Made by a program: the position numbers and the translations under genes
From: the human T2T-CHM13v2.0 reference genome, Homo sapiens
Strand: one strand, 5' to 3'
Length of the DNA: 64,000 nt
Assembly: GCF_009914755.1 (NCBI RefSeq)
Contig: NC_060939.1
Shown: one piece after another, positions 14,793 to 25,815 of the stretch
Layout: each line of letters begins with the position of its first letter
Position numbering within the stretch: position 1 is the first letter of the stretch
Notes under the pieces: generated by a model
What the model was told of the DNA's origin: nothing
Seen by the model: the letters and a program-made list of their open reading frames with translations, nothing else
Database searches by the model: none

Positions 14793-15417
14793 TTTAAATG
14801 ACCACCCTTCAAATTTTGAAAAGCTCTGCCCCGTCCTCCACCCATAGCCTCTGAGCCATCTCATCGCAGGCTGAACATTCCAGGCTTCATTACCCCTCCC
14901 ATCAAGTGCCCTGGGCATCCTGGTGTCTAACCGTGAGCACACCCAGGTTTGCCAGGACCCCCTCTGAAGAAAGAGCCTCATCCCCCAGACACTCCACTAT
15001 AGGAGTAACTGAGATATTTCTCTTCGTGGGAAGGTCAGCACGTGGCGCCTCCATGGTCCTGCCGAGCCTTCTGCCCTGGGTCTCAGCCCCCGAAAGACAT
15101 CCTGCCCTGCTCCCTGGCACTCTCTCCCTCCTCCTCTCCTTCCCACACTCTCTGCTGCCCCACTGGCTCTTCAGCTTTCTGCTGAACAGTTGACAGTAAC
15201 TGCCACCGGATGCTGGTTACCACTCTGGTACTCAGGCCATTAGGAAGTTGGCACCCAGGCCACTGCAGAATAGGCCTTCCATTCTAGAGGCTATCGGGGG
15301 AAGCTCTACGTGGTTCCGTCCTTGTGGAGTAGGTGTATCTGGCCCCCGGCTGCTCTCAGAACTAGAAGGCAGGATCTCAGGGCTGGGAGATTACCAGGAG
15401 CCTTATTAACCACTGCG

Positions 15418-15543
15418 TCTGTGACCTCAAGGCCCAAGCTCACTGCATGGGCATCTCTAGTGACTAGACATGGCTCAGAGGGGTCTCCTTGCAACTCAAG
15501 GGGGTGGCCTTAAAGACACGGCCCTGCCCTTAGGCAAGGCAAG
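15418..15543 (+). repeat. 126-bp direct repeat, copy 1 (presumed donor)
   Basis: 12 mismatches to 16124-16249 by manual count (~90% identity). Confidence 0.95.
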
Positions 15544-15563
15544 AAACCCCTTAGCTGGAGTGA

Positions 15564-15921
<358 letters not shown>

Positions 15922-15949
15922 CACACCTGCTTTTTAAAAAATTCGTTTC

Positions 15950-16072
15950 TGGCAGCTATTGAGCATTTAAAATGTGGCTCCCGTAAATGTAGTCCTGAAA
16001 GACTACATTTATTTTATTTAACTGTAAAAAGCCACACATGATGAGTGGCTACTAAATTGGACAGTACAGTAT
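15950..16072. mobile_element. MER3/MER33-like fragment
   Basis: gctattgagcatttaaaatgtggct...agtggctactaaattggacag. Confidence 0.6.
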
Positions 16073-16123
16073 CTAGCTCAGGTATAAAATTCACACATCA
16101 AATTCATTAGAATTTGATCTAAT

Positions 16124-16249
16124 TCTGTGACCTCAAGGACGGAGCTCACTGCACGGGCATCTCTAGTGGCTGGGCATGGCTCAGAGCGGTCTCCTTGCAA
16201 CTCAAGGGGGAAGCTTTAAAGACCCGGCCCTGCCCTTAGGCAAGGCAAG
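16124..16249 (+). repeat. 126-bp direct repeat, copy 2 (insertion flanked by a 17-bp duplication)
   Basis: Flanked by TTCATTAGAATTTGATC at 16103-16119 and 16250-16266. Confidence 0.95.
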
Positions 16250-18050
16250 TTCATTAGAATTTGATCATTTCTACTCTTTGGGGCTTGGTCAAAAATTTCC
16301 CCGGGGAGAAGTCACCTATGGAGCTATTCTGAGTCACTGGTTCCTCCATATGAAACAAGGCACTAAGAATAGAGTTAATTTGGGAGGCCGGAAAAGGGGG
16401 CCCTGGAAGTCACAGGAATCCAGGAAAGAAGGAAAAGAACAAGCTCAGGCCAATTGGAGATCAAAAACACCAAACAATTAACTCTGCCAACCTGGGGACC
16501 CCACTAGGACCTTGGTGGTGGCCAATCCAGTTGGAGGACATCAATTTCTACTTGATAATTGGAAGGAAGGGAAGGAGGAAGAGAAGGAAAGAAGGATGGA
16601 GGGGAAAGAGCCATTCCTCATTGTCCTGACCCTCAAGGAATTTGTAATCTAGTTCAAGAAACAGAATCACAATAGCTGAAACCGCTGGAGAACAATGAGG
16701 TGCTAAGTTGTGGCACTGCCATGTCTAAAGCAGAAATCCCAGGACTGGGGACATGGGTGGGGGCTGAATCGCACTGAAGAAGTGGGAGTGGGCTTGGGCA
16801 GGAAAACAAACAGATTTCATTTGGACTAAAGGGAAAGAGAAGACACCCCGGACAAGAGGCAGGCTGGGACAAATGCAAGAGGAGGAGGCATCAGGGCTCA
16901 GTGGCAGCAGATCCTGTGCCCCTGATTAGGGTGAAGGGCTGGGGTTGGGGGAAGAGAGGATGAGGGTGGGGTGCCAAGGCGAAGCTGGGCTTGGGGGTCC
17001 TGGACAGCACAAGGGCAGGAGTTTGGGCTTCAGTCATTTTCTAGCTTTCTGAAAAGGAAAAAGAAGTTGTCCAGGGCTCCTGCAGAGGCTCCTTCTGCAA
17101 AGTCCGTGCAAGCAATGCCAAGGGTCAAGGGGTGGGAGGAGCCAGTGGCTGAGCCGGTGGGTCCTAGCCCCCTTGTGCAGGATGCAGCTCCTGTGGCTGC
17201 TCTGAAAGCAAACAGCCCGGCTAAAACGTCTTTAGAACCACTCCGCACTGCGGTGAACCTTCCTATGCAAGCGCCCTCCCTTCTCTCTTTTTGAAGGTGT
17301 CAGACTCTGGCCAGCTCCTGCTCCTTGCCCTTGAACCCTGCACCGGCGTTTCCCATTTGGCACATCTAATTCTGTGGTCGAGTCTGCTTCTCATAGGACC
17401 CAAAATAACAAAAGAGGGATAGAGAATTCTATTCTCTCCAAAGAGATTACATCCTCCTTGAGGGTTGAGGGCTCTCCACGACCAAAGCAGCCCCTGACAA
17501 TATCTGCCTCTGGAACACAGGAAGTGCTCAAGGCACAGGAAGTGGGGCTCAGGCCACCAGGAGCAGGGGTGTGGCACAGGCAAGCTTCACACTTTGCCAG
17601 AGCAAATCCCAATGATGGCCCCTGCCGGCAGCCTCCCCTACCCTGTTCTGGGCCCTCCCCTTTCTGATAGTGACCCTCCCCAGTTTTGAGCAATGAGCAC
17701 GCTCATACATCAAAGTCCCCTGGAGAAAGTGAGGCCAGCATGCTCGCACCTGAGACTCACCCCCACGCTGCTCAAATATGGGCACCAAATGTTGCAAACT
17801 TTTGATCCTGAAGCGATAACAGAAGTGTGAGGAATGGACAGGAGCACAAGGAGACCACAGAGAGGAACCAAAGCCCTGGTCATGTTTTTCGGGGAGCGGG
17901 GAAAGAAGGGGAAGTGGAGGGGGTAACTGTCACCCCCCAGTCCCTCCTCTGTCACAGGCTGCATTGCTGAAGAGGAGTCAAAGGCCATCGGGGAAGACAC
18001 TTCCACAAACCTCACTCACCCACCAGGCTCACTAGCTCCATCCTTCAAAC

Positions 18051-18268
18051 CCAGGATTCTCAACCTCAGCACCAATGATACTTGGGCTGGAGATCCCTTT
18101 GCTATGGGGGCTGCTGTGTGCATTGTGCCACATTTAGTAGCATCCTTGGACTCTACTGACCAGGTGCCAGGAACACTTCTCTAACTCCAGTTGTGACACC
18201 CACAAATGTCTTCAGATGTTGCCAAATGTCTCCTAAGGGCTAAAATCATGCTGGTTGAGAAGCACTGA
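18051..18268 (-). mobile_element. MER20
   Basis: caggattctcaacctcagcac...gttgtgacacccacaaatgtc...ggttgagaagcactg. Confidence 0.85.
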
Positions 18269-18625
18269 CTTAAATCATCAGAAATCCCACTTCAGACAGA
18301 ATAAAATAAATACGTCTATGGACTGTGTCTCTTCCATATCAACCTCCTTACACTCAGGGCTAACCAGATCTCTGCTAACCTAAAACTCCCAAAACAGCTC
18401 TTTCCTGGGCTAGGCCTGGAGGTTCCCAGCTCGTCCCCAGATCCGGCACCTTCTCACTGTGCCCATCCCCCTTTTATCAAATCCCATCAGCTAGGCAGCC
18501 CAGCCAGCCCAGCAGACAGCCCCAGAGGTGCTGCCTGGATATAGTCTTCAGGTTGTCTCACTTATACATGCCAGTGGTTTCTGGCATGGATCAATAATAC
18601 AGCTCTGCTTCCCCTCACTGCATTT

Positions 18626-18685
18626 TTTATTTTTATAGGTTTAGGGGGTACAAGTGCAGTTTTGTCACACGGATATATTGCATAG
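18626..18685 (-). mobile_element. 60-bp L1PB/MA extreme 3' end
   Basis: Reverse complement ctatgcaatatatccgtgtgacaaaactgcacttgtaccccctaaacctataaaaataaa; TSD ccct(c/t)actgcattt. Confidence 0.85.
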
Positions 18686-18764
18686 CCCTTACTGCATTTA
18701 CAGGAAACTAATCCAAGTGGGTATCACATCACACTCACTGCCCATTGCTGAACGCCTCTTGATT

Positions 18765-19620
18765 TATTTATTCATTCAACAAATAGTTATTGAGTTCCTA
18801 CTAGGTGGCAGGCACTACGCTAGGAGCTAGGGATATAAGTGTGAATCCAATAGACACGGCCCTACCCTTCCCAGCGGGTAGAGGTGCAAGGCTCTGAACT
18901 CTGACTCTGGACTCCAAGAAAGGTGAGAGAATAGATAGCGTAGGATATAAAATCTGCTTAGCATGGTGCCTGGCACATGGTAAGATAAAAAAGAGCTCAC
19001 CCTGTGGTAGGGGTTGACGTTATTGTTGTTATTCAAGATGTTGCAGCCTCGTGGGAGACAGACCAATTTAACATGCAATTACATCAAGTGTGATAAATAC
19101 CCTTGGAGACAGATGCATAGAACTCATTTGGGGGTAACCTATGAGGTTCAGGGATGTTTCTGCCAGGAAAAAATGCTAGTAAGTTCAGATCTGAAGCTTA
19201 AGTACGAGTTAGCCCCTCTCCCCACCAAAAGTGAGGTGGTCAGGAGGGTATTGCAGACAGAGGGAAAAGCATGTGTTAAGGCTCAGACACCAGAGCATCA
19301 CAGCATGGCAGGGGTGGGCTGAGAGTGTTCAGCGTGACTAGAGCATGGATGCTGATGATGTGAGCAGGGCTCACACCAGTCACTCCTGTGAGCCATATTA
19401 AGGCATTTGGACTTGACCCCAGAGCAATGGGAAGCCATGGAGAGTTTGGCAAAGGAGGAGTGTGATCATATTTCATTTACAACATTCACTCTGGCTGGAG
19501 AGGGAAGAAACATTGGAGAGACAAAGTTGGCCACTGCTGTAGTCTCCCAATGAGAAGGGATAGTGGCCTGGCCCAAGGAGTAACAGCAGGAACAAGAAGA
19601 GGTGGATAGAGCAACAGATT
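18765..19620 (-). mobile_element. L2 with a nested MIR fragment (~18890-19020)
   Basis: ttcattcaacaaatagttattgag 3' end; gcaatgggaagccatggagagttt...tcactctggctg. Confidence 0.75.
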
Positions 19621-20377
19621 TGTGAGTGACACAGTTTCAGGCACATAGTAAATGACTAATCACTAGCTGGAGAACAAGTACACAAGTGAGGAGTAACAGT
19701 CAGATCTTTGGAGGACCATGTAGAGCCTCAGAAGACCTCCCAGCAAATTATCATAACATCCAGCCCAGGGGGGGGGGGCATCTATGGCCTCAGAAGATGA
19801 ACTGAATGCTAGGCAGCTTCAGGAGACTGATTAGAAACAAAATAGAAGATGCCTTCCTCCCTACATAGGCAGTCTCCCCTTTGGCAGTCATGATCTGTAC
19901 TGTCAGAGAGAGGATGAATGATGAATGTCAGGGCAGAACAACAAAGCGTGCCACGGCTTCAGGGGCTGCCACATGTGGAGAGGCTCAAGAAATCAGAGTC
20001 TGGAAAGGCAGGAGCTGAGAGGGACCAGATCAAAGGCTCCCAAAAGTCCTGCTGCAGTCACCTATGGCTGACCAATGACAGATGAGCTCACGCAGTTAAA
20101 GGTATTACATAAGGTGTTCTGCAGGTGTTTGGGGTCTCCAGGATGGACTGGGCACAAGCACATCCCCCAGAGTGCAGAACTTCAGCTTGGAGCTTAAAAC
20201 AGGAGGTCTGGGGGCCACTACAAGAAAGGCCAAATTTTTAAAAATACTAATTTTTAATGATGTAACAAATTCTCATAAAACATTTAAACATTACAGATAA
20301 GGCTAAAGTCCCTCAGCACCCATCCCCAAATCTAGCCCCTTCTTCGCCTCTCCCCAGAGGTTCCTATGTTTCCAACA

Positions 20378-20645
20378 TTTTTTTTTTTTTTTTGGTCTCT
20401 CAGGCTGGAGTGCAATGGCATGCAACCTCCGCCTCCTGGGTTCAAGCGATTTCTCCTGCCTCAGCCTCCCGAGTAACTGGGATTACAGGTACCCGCCACC
20501 ACACCCAGCTAATTTTTGTATTTTTGGTACAGACAGGGTTTTACCAGGTTGGCCAGGCTGGTCTTGAACTCCTGACCTCAGGTGATCTGCCTTTCTCAGC
20601 CTCCGAAGGTGCTGGGATTACAGGCTTGAGCCACCACGCCTGGCC
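20378..20645 (-). mobile_element. AluS with internal deletions, inside an old L1M fragment (~20230-20870)
   Basis: Antisense Alu missing parts of its 3' end. Confidence 0.9.
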
Positions 20646-22136
20646 CTTTTCTATTTATTTATGAATGGGTATATACATACCCAAAGAAAGTGTGTCATCT
20701 TGTAGGGAGTTTGCTTGCTTGCTAATTGTTGCTGTGAATTAATCTGTCCTTCTGAAATTTACTATTTTTCATTCTACAATATATCTGGAGATTTGCCCAC
20801 ATGGGTATATAGGGCTCTATGTCGTCCTTCCTAACCATAGCACGGGATCATATATTATACTATGTTGAATTTGGCCATTACCCCATCATGGGCACTTTAT
20901 ATAATGTTTAGAAAATCCACAATATCTTACCCTGTAAGGATACTCAGGGCCAAACACAGAAGTTTCTTCAAAAAGCTCAACATAATGGTAGAGTCGGGAG
21001 GGGCCTCAGGGCGAGAGGCAGGGAAAGTGGGGGTTAGTCCTCCAGCCTCAACAGGGAGGAGCCCATTCTGGGCAATAGTTATTAATAAAATGGAAGGTTG
21101 AGAAGAGTTGCAGTGGGTGAGAGAGGACAGACCAGTTGCTTCATGCTTGTTCATGCTTGGCTTGACCGATACCACACGCTGAGTGGTAAAAGAAGGTTCT
21201 CCTAGCCTTCCCTGGGGGTGGAATTACAACTCAACACTGGGGCTAAACCTGATTTCAGAACTCAAGCAGAGAGAGATCCTTCTACCATGTTGGCAGAAGG
21301 CAAGACGGGGGTGGATGCGAGTCAATAGTCTCCATAAATGTCTTCATTGGGCCACGGCTTACCTGCCTCCTCACCCACCCCAGCCACAAGCACACACTCC
21401 ACTTGCTTCTCCAAGTTAGGGGGCCAGAGGGGAAGTGTGGGAGGCTTTTGATTGCTATGGCTTCTGTATTGAGTTCTCCTTCAGATCACACCTGAGTTTA
21501 GACGACTCAGCCCAGGCTGGATCCTATAAGACATGTCCCTCTTCACTTAACAGATGGGGAAATTGGGCTTTAGGAGAGGAGAAATAAGCCCAAATCACAA
21601 GCTAGCAAGGGGCCACAAGCCTTTTGACCCTCGCCCGCAAAGTAAAATCAATAAATTCCACCTGGATTCCTTTTCAGCAAAACGCCGTCAGACACCCGTA
21701 GGCAATTCTTTTCTAAGTGGAATCACTTGTGGCTTAGGCCTTTGATGTGACTCATCTGGGCAGAATCCCTGTAAACAGTGGGCCTGACCCGCGAGGACTT
21801 GGGGGCTGCTCGGGTCAGAGCCCCTCGGCCCCCGTCACAGACCCCGGGGGTCTGGGGAGGGGCGTCAGGCCTCCACCAAAGAAACAGCAAAGACAGAGCA
21901 GCGGGACCCGGGCGAATCCGCGCCCGTCCCTGCCCAGGCTGCCCGGGTTCCGCCGCTGGGCGACCCCAGCATTTCCTTTGAAGTCTGAAGCTCTCTTATC
22001 CCCGGGCCCCTGCCTCCCGGTACCGCCGATGCGCAGCGATTGCCAGGCAGGTCTCCGCCGGGCTGGGAGAGCCGCCGCCGACCCTGTGCGGGCCCCTCCC
22101 CTTTGCCCGGGTGCGCCGCGCCTTTGCCCCGGTGCG

Positions 22137-22152
22137 CAGCGCCCCCTGCGGA
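22137..22152 (-). promoter_or_regulatory. CTCF-like motif
   Basis: Minus strand TCCGCAGGGGGCGCTG versus core CCASYAGRKGGCRS (2 mismatches). Confidence 0.5.
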
Positions 22153-22377
22153 CCGAGCGTGGACCCCTTTCCAGCCCGAGCAGGGTCGCTGCCGCGGCGG
22201 GCACCAGAGGCCGAGCCCCGCGGGTGAGGACCCCTCCCCCGGCAGCAGCAGTTCTCAGGAGCGCAGGGTTTCAGCGTCAAGGGGTTCTGGGTTCCAGGCG
22301 GGACTGGACAACTTGGGAGCTGGGTAGCTGGGACGCGCTGGTCCCCTCTGTGAACGCGCTCCATCCGCAGATGGAAA

Positions 22378-22414
22378 CCCCCTTCCCCCCTCCCCCCCTC
22401 CCCCCCTCGACCCC
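22378..22414 (-). other. G-quadruplex / i-motif-forming tract
   Basis: C5-TT-C6-T-C7-T-C7-TCGA-C4 on the plus strand. Confidence 0.75.
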
Positions 22415-22671
22415 AGCCCACAGCTAACTTCCCGAGCTCTCTGAGAACCACAGCAGTCGAGGTAACGTCTTTGGCAGCTCCTCTCCTCCCCGCCCCCAGT
22501 CTCTGCACAGTGCCCTGTCACCCCAGGTGACCTCACCCCTCCCTCTCCAGAGCCTCCTCTGTCTCTCTCCCCGCAGCCTCCCCTGAACTCTGACCTGTAC
22601 AACCACGGGTAGTTGTTGCGGAGCACTTACTTGAGAGTCAGGAGATTGGACTCCAGTCAGCTCAGCCAGCC

Positions 22672-22947
22672 TTTTAGGGCATCGCTCTGTTCCCCAGGTT
22701 GGAGTGTCCTGACGCAATCCCTGTTTACTGCAGCCTCAACCTCCAGGCTCAAGCGATCCTCCCGCTTCAGCTCCCACCTCCGCAGTCCCCCACTAGCTGG
22801 AACTACCGGCACCGGCCACCACAACCGGTTAATTTTTGTACTTTTTGTAGAGACGGGGTTTCGGTATGTTGTTCAGGCTCCTCTCCAACCCCTGAGCTCA
22901 GATGATCCGCCTGCCCTGGCCTCCTAAAGTACTGGGATTATAGGTAT
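22672..22947 (-). mobile_element. AluJ, interrupted near its 5' end by LTR12C (remainder ~24487-24500)
   Basis: ctcaagcgatcctccc...ctgggattataggtat|LTR|gcgtga. Confidence 0.85.
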
Positions 22948-24486
22948 TGTGTCCCGAATTGGTGGGTTCTTGGTCTCACTGACTTCAAGACTGAAGCCGC
23001 GGACCCTCGCGGTGAGTGTTACAGCTCTTGAGGTGGCGCTTCTGGAGTTTGTTCCTTCTGACGTTCAGACGTATTCGGGGTTTCTTCCTTCTGGTGGGCT
23101 CGTGGTCTCGCTGGCTCAGGAGTAAAGCTGCAGACCTTCGCAGTGAATGTTACCGCTTTTAAGGCGGCGCGTCTAGAGTTGTTCGTTTCTCCCGGTGGGC
23201 TCGCGGTCTCCCGGGCTTGAGGAGTGAAGCTGCAGACCTTCCCAGTGAGTGTTACAACTCACAAAAGCAGTGTGGACCCAGGGTGAGCAGTAACAAGATT
23301 TATTGCAAAGAGCGAAAGAACAAACCTCCCACACTGCGGCAGTGGACCCCCAACTGGTTGCCAGTGCTGGCTCGCGCAGCCTGCTTTTATTCTCTTATCT
23401 GGCCCCACCCACATCCTGCTGATTGGTAGAGCCCAGTGGTCTGTTTTGACAGGGCGCTGATTGGTGCGTTTACAATCCCTGAGCTAGACACAAAGGTTCT
23501 CCACCTCCCCGCTAGATTAGCTAGATACAGAGCGTGGACACAAAGGTTCTCCAAGGCCCCACCAGAATAGCTAGATACAGAGTGTTGATTGGTGCATTCA
23601 CAAACCCTGAGCTAGACACAGAGTGCCGATTGGTGTATTTACAATCCCTGAGCTAGACATAAAGGTTCTCCAAGGCCCCACCAGAGCAGCTAGATAGGGA
23701 GTGTGGATTGGTGCACTCACAAACCCTGAGCTAGACACAGGGTGCTGATTGGTGTGTTTACAAACCTTGAGCTAGATACAGAGTGCCGATTGGTGTATTT
23801 ACAATCCCTGAGCTAGACATAAAGACTCTCCACGTCCCCACCAGACTCAGGAATCCAGCTGGCTTCACCCAGTGGATCCCGCACCAGGGCTGCAGGTGGA
23901 GCTGCCTGCCAGTCCTGCGCCATGCGCTCGCACTCCTCAGCCCTTGGGCGGTCGATGGGACTGGGCACTGGAGCAGGGGGCGGCGCTCGTCGGGGAGGCT
24001 TGGGCCGCACAGGAGCCCATGGAGGGGGTGGGAGGCTCAGGCATGGCGGGCTGCAGGTCTCGAGCCCTGCCCCGTGGGAAGGCAGCTAAGGCCCGGCGAG
24101 AAATCAAGCGCAGCGCGCCGGTGGGCCAGCACTGCTGGGGGACCCAGTACACCCTCCGCAGCCGCTGGCCCGGGTGCTAAGCCCCTCACTGCCCGGGGCC
24201 GGCAGGGCCGTCCGGCTGCTCCGAGTGCGGGGCCCTCCAAGCCCACGCCCACCCGGAACTCCAGCTGGCCCGCAAGTGCTGCACGCAGCCCCGGTTCCCG
24301 CTCGCGCCTCTCCCTCGCGCAAGCTGAGGGAGCCGGCTCTGGCCTTGGCCAGCCCAGAAAGGGGCTCCCATAGTGCAGGGGTGGGCTGAAGGGCTCCTCA
24401 AGTGCCGCCAAAGTGAGAGCCCAGGCAGAGGAGGCGCCGAGAGCGAGCGAGGGCTGTGAGGACTGCCAGCACGCTGTCACCTCTCA
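22948..24486 (-). mobile_element. LTR12C solo LTR (HERV9/ERV1)
   Basis: Termini TGAGAGGTGACAGCGTGCTGGCAG... and ...CCAATTCGGGACACA on the minus strand; GC-rich U3; tandem CCAAT repeats. Confidence 0.95.
23355..23830 (-). promoter_or_regulatory. LTR12C core promoter: 7 CCAAT (NF-Y) boxes, GATA site, AATAAAA TATA-like box; predicted TSS ~23360
   Basis: gattgg at ~23421, 23459, 23587, 23628, 23706, 23747, 23788; cttatct 23394-23400; ttttatt 23385-23391. Confidence 0.7.
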
Positions 24487-24779
24487 GCGTGACCTACGTT
24501 GGACAATTCAGTTGTCCCACTCAGAGCTATTTCCTCCTCTTTAAAAACGGAGATCTGCTTGGGTCTGGCACTCCTCATTCCAGTTCACTCTCCAAACTCC
24601 ATACAGAACTAGGAGCACGCATCCCTATTCCCCTTGCCCAGGGATGCCCCTGCCCCTCCTCCTGGACTAAATTAGTAAAGAGCACCACCAAACCTCATCA
24701 CCCAGACTACAGAGCTGGGACAGGCAGTATAGACTCTCCTGCTACATCCTGAGAGTCTTCAGAGATGCCTCCCCACCCC

Positions 24780-25320
24780 CTACCTCTCTGCCTTCTGTCT
24801 AAGCAAAGCCACCCCCACATCGCTGCCGGAATGGCTATGCAAAACACAGTTCAGACCAGGCCACTCCCTGCTTCAAACCCTTCAGTGCCTCAGCCTTCAG
24901 AATGAAGGCCAAGGTTCGTACCCAGGCAGAGAGAACCTTGACCATCGACCCCTGCGGATGTCTCCAACTTCACACCCCATCCCTTCCCACCTTAGACTGG
25001 TCCCCATAATACAAAACGGCTTGTGATTCCACACACTATCCCTCACTTACACGGTCCCCTTTGCAGAGGACGTCCTCTTCCCTCCCCACCCCACCTCATG
25101 CGATAGACACACTGTCCTGTGATTAACTCCTGCTCCTGTGCCTCCTCCCCACCCCACCTCTGCTTCAAAGCCTCCTGTGCTTGCTTCGATTGCTTCCTCT
25201 AACCACATTATATTAAAACGTAATTCAGTGTTCTTGTTGTTCCAATTACTTATCTGTCTTCCCTTCTAAATTGTGAAGTCCTCAAGTGCTGTCTTATTCA
25301 TATAACCCAGATGATTCCTG
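24780..25320 (+). mobile_element. L2 fragments
   Basis: cactccctgcttcaaaccctt...aattgtgaagtcctcaag...tgtcttattcat. Confidence 0.6.
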
Positions 25321-25358
25321 GGATCTCCCAGCCCACTTAGTTCTAGTTTAGATGAGTT

Positions 25359-25815
25359 TGCAGTAGACACGGCCAATTGCCCACCCAACAGCCATTTTCC
25401 AAGTCATCTTTAATGATAGAATCTTGATTTTGTTCAGGAAGACAATAAGCCCAGCTAAAATAGTCTCCTTCCCAGATTCTCTTACCACGAAGTGTGGCCA
25501 CGTGACCCATATGTGGCAGAAGTCACTGGATGGCACTCCCAGAAAAGCTTTTCAAAAGAGGATACATTCATTCATCTGTCCTTTTTTCCCCTCCCTGTTC
25601 TTCTTTCCTGGAACATGGGCGAGATGTCTGGAGGAGGAGCAGCCATCATGCAACCAAGAGGACAGAAGCTGCACACAAAGGTAGAACAGCAAGTGAAAAG
25701 GAACCTGGGACCCTGGTGACAACTTCCAGACACTGTACCAGCCCCTTGATTGTTCAAACCTCTCTTTGGAGGTTTTTCCTCTTACTTGTCGAAAATTGCA
25801 ATCATAACTGGTACA
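25359..25815 (+). mobile_element. MLT1J/K-type MaLR LTR
   Basis: gtggccacgtgacc...ctggaggaggagcagccatc...gaacctgggaccctggtgac...taactggtaca. Confidence 0.7.

Larger units (their letters stand above)
21780..22470. promoter_or_regulatory. CpG island, non-repeat, promoter-like
   Basis: Very GC-rich with dense CpG; CTCF-like site; donors CGG|GTGAGG (+, 22224) and CAG|GTAAGC (-, 21362). Confidence 0.8.

Noticed and set aside
14902-15120. Minus-strand ggaccATGG Kozak start (MEAPRADLPTKRNIS...)
   Set aside because: Short frame, no recognisable protein, no strong flanking splice sites.
17710-18015. 101-aa ORF with a hydrophobic signal-peptide-like stretch
   Set aside because: Non-ATG call, short, nothing recognisable downstream.
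21747-22427. 226-aa ORF and overlapping ORFs across the CpG island
   Set aside because: Pro/Arg/Gly-rich frames are open on both strands because stop codons are scarce in GC-rich DNA; non-ATG start; no recognisable domain.
23420-23830. Regularly spaced ~40-bp repeats resembling a CRISPR array
   Set aside because: These are the tandem CCAAT/NF-Y repeats of LTR12C; there are no unique spacers or cas genes, and the DNA is primate.
23783-24480. Cluster of 65-196 aa ORFs
   Set aside because: All lie in the GC-rich U3 region of LTR12C.
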